A model generated the notes under the pieces. The model did not search any database. It saw only the letters and a program-made list of their open reading frames with translations, and was not told the DNA's origin. The position numbers and the translations under genes were made by a program. From NCBI GenBank assembly GCA_033763135.1, contig JANRKY010000047.1:4210-68209 (forward strand): a stretch of DNA of 64,000 bases, in the 5' to 3' direction. Positions 1-9,213 of this stretch are shown one piece after another. This stretch comes from Blastocatellia bacterium (GTDB lineage: Bacteria; Acidobacteriota; Blastocatellia; RBC074). The stretch's first letter is position 1, and each line of letters starts with the position of its first letter.

Positions 1-861
1 TCCTCAGAGGGGCGACATCCTGCGGTCATCTTCATTCACGGGTCAGGAGACGATAGTCGGGAGCAATACAGGTTTTATGCGAACTTGCTAGCGAAAAAAG
101 GGATTGCTGCCTTGATCTATGACAAACGCGGGGTGGGGGCTTCAAGTGGACGCTGGAAGTTCAGTCCGTTTGGTGCGCTCGCTGATGATGCACTGGCTGG
201 GGTTCATTTTCTCAAAAGTCATCCGGCGATAGATGCCCGGCGAATTGGTGCTTGGGGCGGTAGTGAGGGAGCAATTATTGCTCCCTGGATTGCCTCACGT
301 TCATCGGATGTTGCGTTTGTGATTATGCAGTCGGCAACCGGAGTCACTTTTGCGCAACAGAATCGCTACCAAAACGAACGACAGCTTCGCGCTGCCACCA
401 ACTCCGAAGAGAACATCGCGCAAGGCCTTGCCATCATAAAATTGCAAAGTGATTACGCGCGGACGGGGACAGGATGGCAAGCATATGCAAATGCCAAGCA
501 GGCAGTACGCGAAAAGGCTTGGGCTTCATCGTTAGGAGCGACGTTGCCACCTGACCACTGGTGGTGGAATTGGTATCGCACGAAGATGGATTACGACCCA
601 ATACCGATGCTTGAAAAAGTGCGCGTTCCCGTGCTTGCGGTGTGGGGCGAAAATGACGTACTTGTACCCGTGTCGGAGAGCCGTGTTGCAATAGAAAGCG
701 CTTTCGCACGAGGCGGCAACCGAAATGTGAATTGCCAGGTGTTTGCTGGGGCCGATCATAGTATTCAAACTGGAAGCAGGTTGCGCGGCTACGGGCCGGA
801 CCCTGGCTATCTGGCTATGTTGACAGAATGGGTTCTGAAGCAAACAGCTGTTCGCAGGTAA
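1..861 (+). CDS. Alpha/beta hydrolase (peptidase S9/S15-like), 5'-truncated by window edge
   Basis: Frame open from position 1 (HPAVIFIHGSG). YDKRGVG motif, GGSEG nucleophile elbow, GEND and GADH catalytic Asp/His. Confidence 0.85.
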   Translation, partial: SSEGRHPAVIFIHGSGDDSREQYRFYANLLAKKGIAALIYDKRGVGASSGRWKFSPFGALADDALAGVHFLKSHPAIDARRIGAWGGSEGAIIAPWIASRSSDVAFVIMQSATGVTFAQQNRYQNERQLRAATNSEENIAQGLAIIKLQSDYARTGTGWQAYANAKQAVREKAWASSLGATLPPDHWWWNWYRTKMDYDPIPMLEKVRVPVLAVWGENDVLVPVSESRVAIESAFARGGNRNVNCQVFAGADHSIQTGSRLRGYGPDPGYLAMLTEWVLKQTAVRR

Positions 862-875
862 GCATCTCGAGCTAC

Positions 876-914
876 GCGTTCGACTGGAGTTTCGGTAACG
901 ACGAGTCGTCTCAA
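876..914 (+). repeat. attC-family fragment (left segment)
   Basis: GTTCGACTGGAGTTTCGGTAACGACGAGTCGTCTCAA matches copies at ~9049-9087, ~12581-12619 and ~6556-6593. Confidence 0.65.
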
Positions 915-1164
915 GTCGCGGTGAAACAGTAGGAAATGGTTCCGAAGACCGTGGCGTCAATGGTGCTTCAATCGCCCGTACCGGAGTTTGGTTCGCAGTC
1001 AGAGAGGCGATCAAGTCAGTGGTGACGAGAAGTGCAAATCAGTGCTTTCATTTGCTCGATCTCGTTTGAGAGAGTGTCGAAGTCGCACAACGTCCGGCTG
1101 CACCGCCCGAGTCGAATCCAGCAACCTCGGAGGACAGCTTCATGCCGCTAAATGGGAGGATCAA

Positions 1165-1641
1165 ATGGCCAGTGATGACCTTATCTCAGCAAGTCAGGGG
1201 CGGATCTTTCAGTGCTCAAGCTGCAAAGAGTATATCAACGACTCGATGAGCAATTGCCGATTCTGTGGCACTTCCGTCGATTTTGCCGTGGCGCAATCGG
1301 CTGCAGATATCCAAGATAAAACCAATCAGGCTTGTAACGATGGGAATTTCATTCAAACGATGGCTCGTGCCACAATCGTCATGTACTTGGTCAGTTGGGT
1401 GCCTCTGATTGGCGGGGCAGGAGGCTGGGGATTTTTAATATTAATGCTGACAATCCCTGTAATGATCGTTCGTTGGTGGTTGAAATACAGGAACATTCAA
1501 ACAGGCGATCAGGATTATCAAGTGGCAAGAGGGCGGACAGTCATCTCTCTGGCGATTTGGGGTGGCATGATAGTCGTATGGTTGATAGGCTCGATTCTCT
1601 ACGCCCTTTTATTCTCGAAGCTTTTGGCCGGGATCATTTAG
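1165..1641 (+). CDS. Hypothetical membrane protein with N-terminal CxxC..CxxC zinc ribbon
   Basis: RBS GGAGGA before ATG 1165. CSSC and CRFC motifs, about 3 hydrophobic helices. Confidence 0.75.
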   Translation: MASDDLISASQGRIFQCSSCKEYINDSMSNCRFCGTSVDFAVAQSAADIQDKTNQACNDGNFIQTMARATIVMYLVSWVPLIGGAGGWGFLILMLTIPVMIVRWWLKYRNIQTGDQDYQVARGRTVISLAIWGGMIVVWLIGSILYALLFSKLLAGII

Positions 1642-1866
1642 CATTGAATAGCGATTCAATGTAAAGACCCGGCGGGACGACTGCAAAGAGGTAAGACAGG
1701 GGGCCATGCGGTTTCTGCCAATTGGGGGGCCGAGGTTCGAGTGAGGGCGCACTTGTTTTCGATCGATGGGGTTGCTGAGGCTGCGCGAAAAAAAATAAAG
1801 TAGTCAACGCAGTAATTTCAATACCGCATGAGCATTGAGCATGTGGAAGTGAATTGGCTCAGCTTA

Positions 1867-1922
1867 TATTTTCGCGTTGCCTGAGCGCCACACGGCCACA
1901 CCCGGTGAACGCATTGTTCGGT
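1867..1922 (+). repeat. attC right half (L' GGTGAAC, R' GTTCGGT)
   Basis: GCCACACCCGGTGAAC-GCATT-GTTCGGT is near-identical to 4165-4192. R' GTTCGG is complementary to R'' CCGAAC at the end of the following cassette. Confidence 0.7.
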
Positions 1923-1999
1923 GCTGACCTTATTGCCGCGCTAACGATCTTCAGCAAGCAAAGAGAAGGTACTGGACCGCTACATCAAGAGGATGAAAA

Positions 2000-4054
2000 A
2001 TGAAACACCTATCGTCTGTCACTTGCAAATTAGCTGCGCTGCTTGGCGCTGCATTGTTGCTATTCGCTCCCACTGCTTCAGCGCAGGCATCGGCCAAACG
2101 CTTTGACTTGGAGGTTGCGGCAAAAATTGTCAGACTAAGCGATCCACAAATCGCGCCGGATGGCAAATCAATTGTCGTCGTCGTCTCGCGCGCCAATTAC
2201 GAAGAAAATCGTTGGGAAGGCGAACTGACGCTGGTGGATGTCGCCACCAGCGCACAGCGCGTTTTGACCAGCGGGCGCTTTGACGTAACGCAGCCGCGCT
2301 GGTCGCCGACCGGAGATCGGCTGGCTTTTATTTCCAACGCGCCGACGGGCAGAGAAAACAAGCCACAACTTTTTGTTCTGGCGATGAATGGCGGCGAAGC
2401 CAAACGCATTACGAACGCTCCCAACGGCGTGCAACATTACGCTTGGAAGCCCGATGGGCTGGAGATTGCATTCGTTACAGCGGATGATTCGCCGAACAAG
2501 AAAATCGGTGACCGCGAAATTTCTTTTGAAGTCGGCAACGATCATTTCCTGACTAATGCGCAAGTTACATCGTCGCATATCTGGCTGACCAGCGCGAAAG
2601 GCGGCAAGGCGACGCGGCTCACGTCTGGCGAGTGGAGCTTGCCCATTACCTTGCCGCCTGGCTCGCTCTCGTCGCCGCTTTCGTGGTCCCCAGATGGCAG
2701 GACGATAGCATTCGTCAAACGTATCAGCCCGCATTTTGGTGATGCGCGCCTCAGTTCGATTCAATTGCTTGACGTAGCGACGGGAGCAATCCGCTCGTTG
2801 ACGGGGCGCAGCGAGCGCGAAAGCCAACCTGTCTTCTCGCCTGATGGTTCGCGCATTGCCTATTGGTATCCGCGCGAAGGACTGACCTCGAATAACAACG
2901 AGATACAGGTGACAACCGCTGCGGGCGGTGAAGGAGTCAATGCGACCAGGGCATTGGATCGTAACGTGTTTCGGTCAATCTGGATGCCGGACAGTAAATC
3001 ATTTATCACGGGCGGCAACGATGGCACACGCTTTACGATGTGGCAGCAACCACTGGAAGGCGCAGCGCGACGGATTGATTTAGGCGCTATCAATCCAGGC
3101 GGAAGCTTTTGGCTCGATGCCAGCGTCAGCAACGATGGAGGTCTTGCTTTAACGGGAAGCGAACCGCATCGTCCGACAGAGCTTTATTACTTGCCTTCGC
3201 TCACGTCAAAGCCGAAACGCCTTACCGATTTCAATCAACAATTTACCTCGCTTTCCCTTGGCAAAGTCGAAAAAATCGAATGGACAAATGACGAGTTCAA
3301 AATGGACGGCGTAATCACTTATCCGCCGGACTTTGCGCCGGGGCGAACCTATCCGCTGGTTTTGTATATTCATGGCGGGCCAGCCTCCGCTTCCAAGGAA
3401 GTCTTCAGTGAACGTGCGCAGCTACTGGCGGCGCGTGGCTGGGTGATCTTCGAGCCAAACTATCGCGGCAGCGATAATCTGGGGAGCAAGTTCATGCGGA
3501 GCATTTTCAACGACGCGGGCGCAGGCCCCGGACGGGATGTGATGGCAGGGCTAGAGGTATTGAAAAAACGCGGAATCGTTGATACGACGCGAATAGCGGT
3601 TTCCGGCTGGTCTTATGGCGGTTTTATGACAACGTGGTTGATTGGGCATTATCAGGGCTGGAGAGTTGCCATCGCCGGTGCTGCTGTGACCGATAACATG
3701 GATCAATATAACTTCGGTGACGCCAATGTCAGCCGCGCAGGTCAATTTGGCGGCTCGCCGTGGACGGGAGATTTCGAGAAGGCTTACCGCGAACAGTCGC
3801 CCATCACCAATGCGCCGCAGATCAAAACGCCGACGCTGATTTTGTCAGACACGGGGGATGTCCGCGTGCCGATCACGCAATCTTATAAGCTCTATCATGC
3901 GCTGCGCGACAACAATGTGCCAGTGCAATTCATTGCTTACCCGGTAGCCGGGCATTCTCCTACCGACCCTGTACGGCAGCAAGATGTTAGCAGGCGCTGG
4001 ATCGAATGGATTGAGAGGTATTTTGCGCAAACAACTACATCTGAAAACCGATGA
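2000..4054 (+). CDS. Secreted S9 family peptidase (dipeptidyl aminopeptidase/acylaminoacyl peptidase)
   Basis: Signal peptide, repeated WSPDG beta-propeller motifs, HGGP, NYRGS, GWSYGG, DVRVP and GH motifs. Confidence 0.92.
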   Translation: MKHLSSVTCKLAALLGAALLLFAPTASAQASAKRFDLEVAAKIVRLSDPQIAPDGKSIVVVVSRANYEENRWEGELTLVDVATSAQRVLTSGRFDVTQPRWSPTGDRLAFISNAPTGRENKPQLFVLAMNGGEAKRITNAPNGVQHYAWKPDGLEIAFVTADDSPNKKIGDREISFEVGNDHFLTNAQVTSSHIWLTSAKGGKATRLTSGEWSLPITLPPGSLSSPLSWSPDGRTIAFVKRISPHFGDARLSSIQLLDVATGAIRSLTGRSERESQPVFSPDGSRIAYWYPREGLTSNNNEIQVTTAAGGEGVNATRALDRNVFRSIWMPDSKSFITGGNDGTRFTMWQQPLEGAARRIDLGAINPGGSFWLDASVSNDGGLALTGSEPHRPTELYYLPSLTSKPKRLTDFNQQFTSLSLGKVEKIEWTNDEFKMDGVITYPPDFAPGRTYPLVLYIHGGPASASKEVFSERAQLLAARGWVIFEPNYRGSDNLGSKFMRSIFNDAGAGPGRDVMAGLEVLKKRGIVDTTRIAVSGWSYGGFMTTWLIGHYQGWRVAIAGAAVTDNMDQYNFGDANVSRAGQFGGSPWTGDFEKAYREQSPITNAPQIKTPTLILSDTGDVRVPITQSYKLYHALRDNNVPVQFIAYPVAGHSPTDPVRQQDVSRRWIEWIERYFAQTTTSENR

Positions 4055-4103
4055 GGGCGAGAGGATGGGAATGGGCGATGGGATATGCCAATGGCAAACC
4101 CAC

Positions 4104-4192
4104 CCCGAACTCGCATTGCGCCGGAGCGTGGCCGTTCGAGCGGTGCGTAATTTCGCGTTACACTGCCACGCCCGGTGAACGAATTGTCATGC
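4104..4192 (+). repeat. attC site, nearly complete
   Basis: R'' CCCGAAC, then CCGGAGCGTGGC...GCCACGCCCGG stem, L' GGTGAAC, 5-nt spacer, R' GTCATGC. Confidence 0.75.
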
Positions 4193-4267
4193 AGACAGAA
4201 TGGAGGCGCGCCTCTGGATGGATTCGCGACCTTCGGTTACCATCGCCCGCGATAAAGGAGGTTTCCG

Positions 4268-4729
4268 ATGACCAAAGTAACACCGTTTCTGATGTTCAAC
4301 GATCAGCTCGAGGCTGCCATGGAGTTCTACACCGCCACCTTCCCGGACTCCGAAATCAGGAACGTCGCCCGCACCGGCGAGGACGGTCCGATCAACTCTG
4401 CCGAATTCGTCGTCGGTGGTCAAGTCTTCATGGGCTACAACGGGGGGCCGCACTTTACGTTCTCCGAAGGCCTCTCGCTCTACGTTGACTGCGAGAACCA
4501 GGCCGAAGTCGACGAGTATTGGGACAAGCTGGTCGAGGCTGGGGCGACGCCTACCGCGTGCGGCTGGATCAAGGATCCGTTCGGCCTCTCCTGGCAGATT
4601 GTTCCGCGGCGATTCATGGAGCTGATCCGCGACAAGGATGCCAGGAGAGTAAAGGCCGTGATGGAGGCCATGATGACGATGGTGAAGCTCGACGTCGCGG
4701 CCCTTGAAAAGGCCTATAATGAGGCGTAA
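4268..4729 (+). CDS. VOC family protein (PhnB / 3-demethylubiquinone-9 3-methyltransferase-like)
   Basis: KVTPFLMF, NGGPHFTFSEGLSL, CGWIKDPFGLSWQIVP motifs; RBS AAGGAGG. Confidence 0.9.
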   Translation: MTKVTPFLMFNDQLEAAMEFYTATFPDSEIRNVARTGEDGPINSAEFVVGGQVFMGYNGGPHFTFSEGLSLYVDCENQAEVDEYWDKLVEAGATPTACGWIKDPFGLSWQIVPRRFMELIRDKDARRVKAVMEAMMTMVKLDVAALEKAYNEA

Positions 4730-4794
4730 GTGCGGCGCGCCCACACCCTGGGCGTTGAACGTGCTGCTTAAACGTACTAATTCGTCCGCTTTTC

Positions 4795-4868
4795 GTTCAA
4801 CCGGGGGCGCCGCCGTCTTCCAGGTCGGTCCATTGCGGGCGGCGCCTCGGTCAGCTCGTTCGCCAGGC
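4795..4868 (+). repeat. attC-family site (R'' eroded; R' GCCAGGC)
   Basis: GTTCAACCGGGGGCGCCGCC...GGCGGCGCCTCGGTCAGC-TCGTTC-GCCAGGC hairpin. Confidence 0.65.
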
Positions 4869-4926
4869 TGTCATGAAAACAAATGGGCAAGTAGCCCCGC
4901 GGTATAAGTCATAGGTAGACGAAAAG

Positions 4927-5493
4927 ATGGCAAACACTGATTCCCTTGTAACCATCCACATGGCAGCGAGCCTCGACGGCTTCATCGCTCGAACGGATGG
5001 GAGCGTCGACTGGATGGAGACCTCAGACGAATTCGTAAGCGGGGACACAATGGATCCTGAATTCGTTCAGGAGTTCCTCAAGACGATTGACTGCTATGTG
5101 ATGGGATCGCGAACCTATGAGACCGCCTTGAATTTTGAATCCGAGGGGTTGGGTTGGGCATATGGCGACAAAACCACGTTTGTCCTCACTCGTCGCGAGC
5201 TGCCGCGGAACCGGGATACAGTCGAGTTCTACTCCGGCGATCTCGCGGAATTGGTGAATGAGCGTCTGCGGCCAATGTTCCGAAGCATCTGGTTTGTTGG
5301 AGGCGGCATAGTTTCCGGCGAATGCTTGCGTCTCGGGCTCGCCGACGAGGTTCGTTATTCGATCCTGCCGGTCTTGATCGGTGAGGGGATTTCCTTTTTC
5401 GACAAGCTGGACAGAGACATCGCCCTGCATCTGGCCGAGGTCAAAGCCTACAAGAGCGGCATGGTGGCGCTTCGTTACGAAGTGCGACAATAA
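4927..5493 (+). CDS. Dihydrofolate reductase / RibD C-terminal domain family protein
   Basis: MAASLDGFIA, VMGSRTYE, WFVGGG, PVLIGEG motifs. Confidence 0.9.
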   Translation: MANTDSLVTIHMAASLDGFIARTDGSVDWMETSDEFVSGDTMDPEFVQEFLKTIDCYVMGSRTYETALNFESEGLGWAYGDKTTFVLTRRELPRNRDTVEFYSGDLAELVNERLRPMFRSIWFVGGGIVSGECLRLGLADEVRYSILPVLIGEGISFFDKLDRDIALHLAEVKAYKSGMVALRYEVRQ

Positions 5494-5509
5494 TGCCGGC
5501 TAAATCAGA

Positions 5510-5563
5510 TTCCAGGTCGATCCTTTGCGAGCGTCGGCGCCCCGGTCAACCCGTTCGTCAGGC
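5510..5563 (+). repeat. attC-family right segment (R' GTCAGGC)
   Basis: TTCCAGGTCGATCCTTTGCGAGCGTCGGCGCCCCGGTCAAC-CCGTTC-GTCAGGC; homologous to 4818-4868 and 11122-11175. Confidence 0.65.
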
Positions 5564-5573
5564 GGAAGATTGC

Positions 5574-5969
5574 ATGGAAATACGCTACTTAAACACAGAT
5601 TTAGAGATAGAATCTGAAAATGATATTTCTCGAATCGTTGAGGAATTTGGTGACGACGTGATGTTGCTGCATCATGGAGAAATTCGAGGATATATGCATG
5701 CATCATTTGAGACCGCAGGATTCAGAATAGGCGCCGACGAGGCTATCGAGACATTTTGTTCATTGGTCGAGAATTTTCCCGAAGAGGTTCGTGAAATCTG
5801 GGATAACTGTTGTACTCGTATTTTTGATATCGGGTATGAAAGCGGGCTATCTTCCACAAGTTTTCGATCAGAGATCAGAGAGTCGACAGTTCAGCGAATG
5901 GGAAAAATCAAGGCGAGTATCCGGATTACGATATACCCCGGCAGTAAAGAGGCGGGCGCTGGCGATTGA
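5574..5969 (+). CDS. Hypothetical cassette protein
   Basis: ATG immediately after the R' box; acidic 131-aa ORF. Confidence 0.7.
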   Translation: MEIRYLNTDLEIESENDISRIVEEFGDDVMLLHHGEIRGYMHASFETAGFRIGADEAIETFCSLVENFPEEVREIWDNCCTRIFDIGYESGLSSTSFRSEIRESTVQRMGKIKASIRITIYPGSKEAGAGD

Positions 5970-6121
5970 TAAATCGGGTACGGCGTCTTGCTGGCGGCTC
6001 AGTTTCGAACAATATTTTCGCTGTCTCTATCGGCGGACTACACCCATAAATGCTCGCGAGTCGCGTTATTTGTCAGACGGCGCGGATTCTGCGCGCGGGC
6101 GACCAGGCAAAGGAACCTCAT

Positions 6122-6550
6122 ATGAACGTGCTCAAACAAATCCAAGACTATATTGCAGTTCAACCAGAACCCAAACGAAGCGACATGCAGGAGTTGCATG
6201 ACATCATTCTGAGATTGACGCCAGGATGTAAATTATGGTTTCTGGACGGCAAGGACGAGAGAGGGCAAACGGTTTCTAATCCAAACATCGGTTATGGATC
6301 CCAGGCCATAACGTATGCTGATGGAAAAACCAGAGAGTTCTATCAGGTTGGCATTAGTGGAAACACAACAGGAATCTCAGTCTATATAATGGGGATAAAA
6401 GACAAGAAGTACTTGGCTGAGACCTATGCGAAAAAAATCGGCAAGGCCAGCGTAACGGGGTATTGCATCAAGTTCAGGACTCTAAGAAATGTAAACATTG
6501 ATATTCTTGAGGCCGCAATGCGATATGGGATTGAGCAGACAAGCGCCTGA
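6122..6550 (+). CDS. DUF1801 (YdhG-like) domain protein
   Basis: SNPNIGYG and GKASVTGYCIKF motifs; RBS AAGGA; stop TGA overlaps an R''-like GCCTGAT. Confidence 0.8.
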   Translation: MNVLKQIQDYIAVQPEPKRSDMQELHDIILRLTPGCKLWFLDGKDERGQTVSNPNIGYGSQAITYADGKTREFYQVGISGNTTGISVYIMGIKDKKYLAETYAKKIGKASVTGYCIKFRTLRNVNIDILEAAMRYGIEQTSA

Positions 6551-6618
6551 TTCACGTTTTACCAGGGGTTCGTTGACGATAAGAATCGTCTCAGGCTCGG
6601 TCAACTCGTTCGTCAGGC
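6545..6618 (+). repeat. attC-family site, short form (GCCTGAT...GTCAGGC)
   Basis: R''-like box overlaps the stop codon. Internal GACGATAAGAATCGTC hairpin, then GGTCAAC-TCGTTC-GTCAGGC. Confidence 0.72.
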
Positions 6619-6678
6619 AGCCCGGAGAGAGCATCGTCATGCGAATCGACCGTTTTGCGAGACGAGGAAGACCAGAAG

Positions 6679-7485
6679 ATGGCTGCATTCGCGAGATTTG
6701 AAAAACGCATAGCTGTGCTGACTGGCGGCGCGTCCGGCATCGGTCGTGAACTATTGCTTCAGTTGGTGCAGAGAGGTACGCATGTGGCAGCTTGCGACAT
6801 TGATCGTGACAGTCTGGAGACGGCAGTTCGACGGGCCCGCGCGAGCAATCCTGACGTACGCGTCACGGCACACGTGCATGACGTATCCGATGAGAAGTCG
6901 ATCGGTCGGTTCGTGAAAGAGGTCGCCAGAGAGCATGAGAGTGACGCGATCCACCTGCTGTTCAACAATGCCGGCGTGGTGGGTGGCGGGTCGTTCGTTA
7001 CAGGGCAGCGCGACGAGTGGGAGCGGACGTTTGCGGTATGCTGGTTCGGCACGTATTACTGCACCCGGGCATTTCTCCCGATGCTCATAGCTGCCGATCA
7101 AGGCGTTATCGTCAATACTTCCTCAGTGAGCGGCATGTGGGCGAGTTTAGGGGCGGGGTCACCGCACACGGCCTATTCATCGGCGAAGTTTGCGGTCCGG
7201 GGCTTCACGGAGTCGCTTCTCGTGGACCTCCGCGCGCACGCTCCCCATGTCTCTGCAGTGCTTGTCATGCCAGGGCATGTTCGCAGCGGGATGCCGGCTC
7301 CTCCCCGATCATGGCGGCGCGCGCTAAATTCACTGTTCGCCGACTATCAACCGGTGTCAAGCAGAGATGCCGCGAAAGCGATCCTCAACGCGGTAAGCAG
7401 CGGCGACTGGCGAGTCATCATCGGGCAAGACGCCGAGGCGGTCGATGTACGTGTCCGAGCAGAGCCGGGGACGATCTACGATTGA
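6679..7485 (+). CDS. SDR family oxidoreductase
   Basis: TGGASGIG, NNAG, YSSAK motifs. Confidence 0.92.
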   Translation: MAAFARFEKRIAVLTGGASGIGRELLLQLVQRGTHVAACDIDRDSLETAVRRARASNPDVRVTAHVHDVSDEKSIGRFVKEVAREHESDAIHLLFNNAGVVGGGSFVTGQRDEWERTFAVCWFGTYYCTRAFLPMLIAADQGVIVNTSSVSGMWASLGAGSPHTAYSSAKFAVRGFTESLLVDLRAHAPHVSAVLVMPGHVRSGMPAPPRSWRRALNSLFADYQPVSSRDAAKAILNAVSSGDWRVIIGQDAEAVDVRVRAEPGTIYD

Positions 7486-7614
7486 CTGGGGGCAGGAGTG
7501 GTTCGATCCGAATTTCTGAAATGTGATTTGAAAGTCAGGTCAAGGTCGCTTGACAGGAAGAGATTGAGAATGGCCGAGCCTCTTTAGCTACAGGGGCTCT
7601 TGCGCGCAGCGCTT

Positions 7615-7694
7615 CGTTCAGCTTACGTTCAGCTTACGTTCGACCAGCGTTTCGGTTCGGAAGGGCGGCACCCCGGTCAGCTCAGTCGCAAGGC
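7615..7694 (+). repeat. Degenerate attC-family site with 11-bp tandem duplication
   Basis: CGTTCAGCTTA x2, then GTTCGACCAGCGTTTCGGT...CCCCGGTCAGC-TCAGTC-GCAAGGC. Confidence 0.55.
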
Positions 7695-7716
7695 CATATT
7701 ACGAGAATCATACATT

Positions 7717-8484
7717 ATGGAATTACTACATCCCTGCCCCTGTTGCGGTTACAACACTCTGAATGCGCCATCTCCTGGATCGTGGCTCGTTTGCCAAGTT
7801 TGCTATTGGGAGGATGATTTGGCTCAGTTTGAAGATCCCAGACTTGTCAGCAGGGCAAATTCTCATTCGCTTCGTGTCGCTCAATACAATTTTGCAACAA
7901 TCGGAGCCTCTGATAAGCAATATCTCAACCGTGTAAGGAAGGTGGTTGAGGCGGATGTCCGCAACCCGGAATGGACGCCAGTCTATGAAATTGTGAGCAG
8001 AGAGGATGAATTGATAATTGATCTCGCAGACGCCGCATTTGCAGACGTTTCGCGACCGGAGCACTTTACAAACTATACACACTGTCAGGAGTGCTTCGAG
8101 CACGACGAAACAATGCGTAATGCCAAGCGGGGGGAGCTGGTGATCAATGAAAACTGGAGCCCTATCTGCTTTTTATCGTCACAGGGATTTCAGTATTTTA
8201 TGCCCGATTTTGTCCGTCTTGCTCTTCAGTCCAGTGAGGGGAATTTTTTAAGCACATTTACCACTTTTCACCTGCGATCTACTAATCGCAAGAACGAGCT
8301 CCCGGAATGTCGTCCACGGCAGACAACGCTGTTCACGCATGAGCAAACGGAAGTCACTTTGCGATTTCTTGAATATGTCGAGCAAACGCGATGGATTGAG
8401 CTTGAATATGATATGGAAAAGCTGGAGCAGGTAATTCGCGACTGGCGTAAATCGCTTGCTTCAGCTGGTGATTCACCTGCCTGA
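7717..8484 (+). CDS. CPCC cysteine-rich domain protein with unknown C-terminal domain
   Basis: PCPCCGY...CQVCYWEDD...AN..SL..AQYNF signature; HCQEC in the second domain. Confidence 0.8.
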   Translation: MELLHPCPCCGYNTLNAPSPGSWLVCQVCYWEDDLAQFEDPRLVSRANSHSLRVAQYNFATIGASDKQYLNRVRKVVEADVRNPEWTPVYEIVSREDELIIDLADAAFADVSRPEHFTNYTHCQECFEHDETMRNAKRGELVINENWSPICFLSSQGFQYFMPDFVRLALQSSEGNFLSTFTTFHLRSTNRKNELPECRPRQTTLFTHEQTEVTLRFLEYVEQTRWIELEYDMEKLEQVIRDWRKSLASAGDSPA

Positions 8485-8512
8485 TAGTTCATGTGTCTCA
8501 AAAGGAGGTATT

Positions 8513-8878
8513 GTGGTAGAAACCTACGGCCTAACACATATCAGTCTTGCTGTTCGCGATATAGATCGGTCTTTGCAGTTTTACCAGCAAGTTTTTGGCG
8601 TCAGGGAATATTATAGAGATGAAAATTCAATACAAGTAATCAGCCCGCGGGGCCACGATGTCATCGCTTTTGAATATGACCCAGTAAATGCAGGTGAGTC
8701 TAAGGGCATAAATCACTTTGGGTTTCGGCTGATAAACAGTGCGGACATTGATAAGGCCGTTGAAGAGGTGGAACGGGCTGGTGGGACGGTAATAAAGAAA
8801 GGAGAATTCGCGCCAGGATGCCCATTTGCATATATACACGACCCGGATGGTTATATGATTGAAATCTGGTATGAGTGA
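8513..8878 (+). CDS. VOC/glyoxalase family protein
   Basis: LTHISLAV, INHFGF, DPDGYMIE motifs; RBS AAGGAGG before GTG. Confidence 0.88.
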   Translation: MVETYGLTHISLAVRDIDRSLQFYQQVFGVREYYRDENSIQVISPRGHDVIAFEYDPVNAGESKGINHFGFRLINSADIDKAVEEVERAGGTVIKKGEFAPGCPFAYIHDPDGYMIEIWYE

Positions 8879-9036
8879 ATTCTTTGACGCGCGAGCTTGG
8901 GTCGGTTCGCGGGTCTTCGCTGGCGATGGGGAGATTGAGTGTGACGCCTTGCCGATGCGCTCAGTTACGATCAATCTTTGCGCTGTGTCCATCGGAGAGC
9001 TTCACGCGTAAGCGATCGCGAGTCATGGTATTTTTC

Positions 9037-9190
9037 GCCCAACCGCTCATTTGACTGGAGTTTCGGTGACGATAAGAATCGTCTCAAACCAGGCTGGAGC
9101 AGCGCCGCTGTAAGTCCCTTTTTAAATTGGCACGGCCTGGCTCTGTTCCTTGAGAGGCGCCGCCGATTTGATCCATGTCAACTTGAGCTG
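9037..9190 (+). repeat. Longest attC-family copy (canonical R'' GCCCAAC; right end eroded)
   Basis: Contains left and middle segments of the family. TCTCAA/TTGAGA and CCAGGCTG/CGGCCTGG inner stems; TTGAC/GTCAA L boxes. Confidence 0.7.
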
Positions 9191-9213
9191 CTCACTCGAA
9201 AATGCAGTGATCT

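Noticed and set aside
4927-5493. Trimethoprim resistance dfr cassette
   Set aside because: Motifs fit the RibD_C/DHFR-like family of unknown function rather than DfrA or DfrB.
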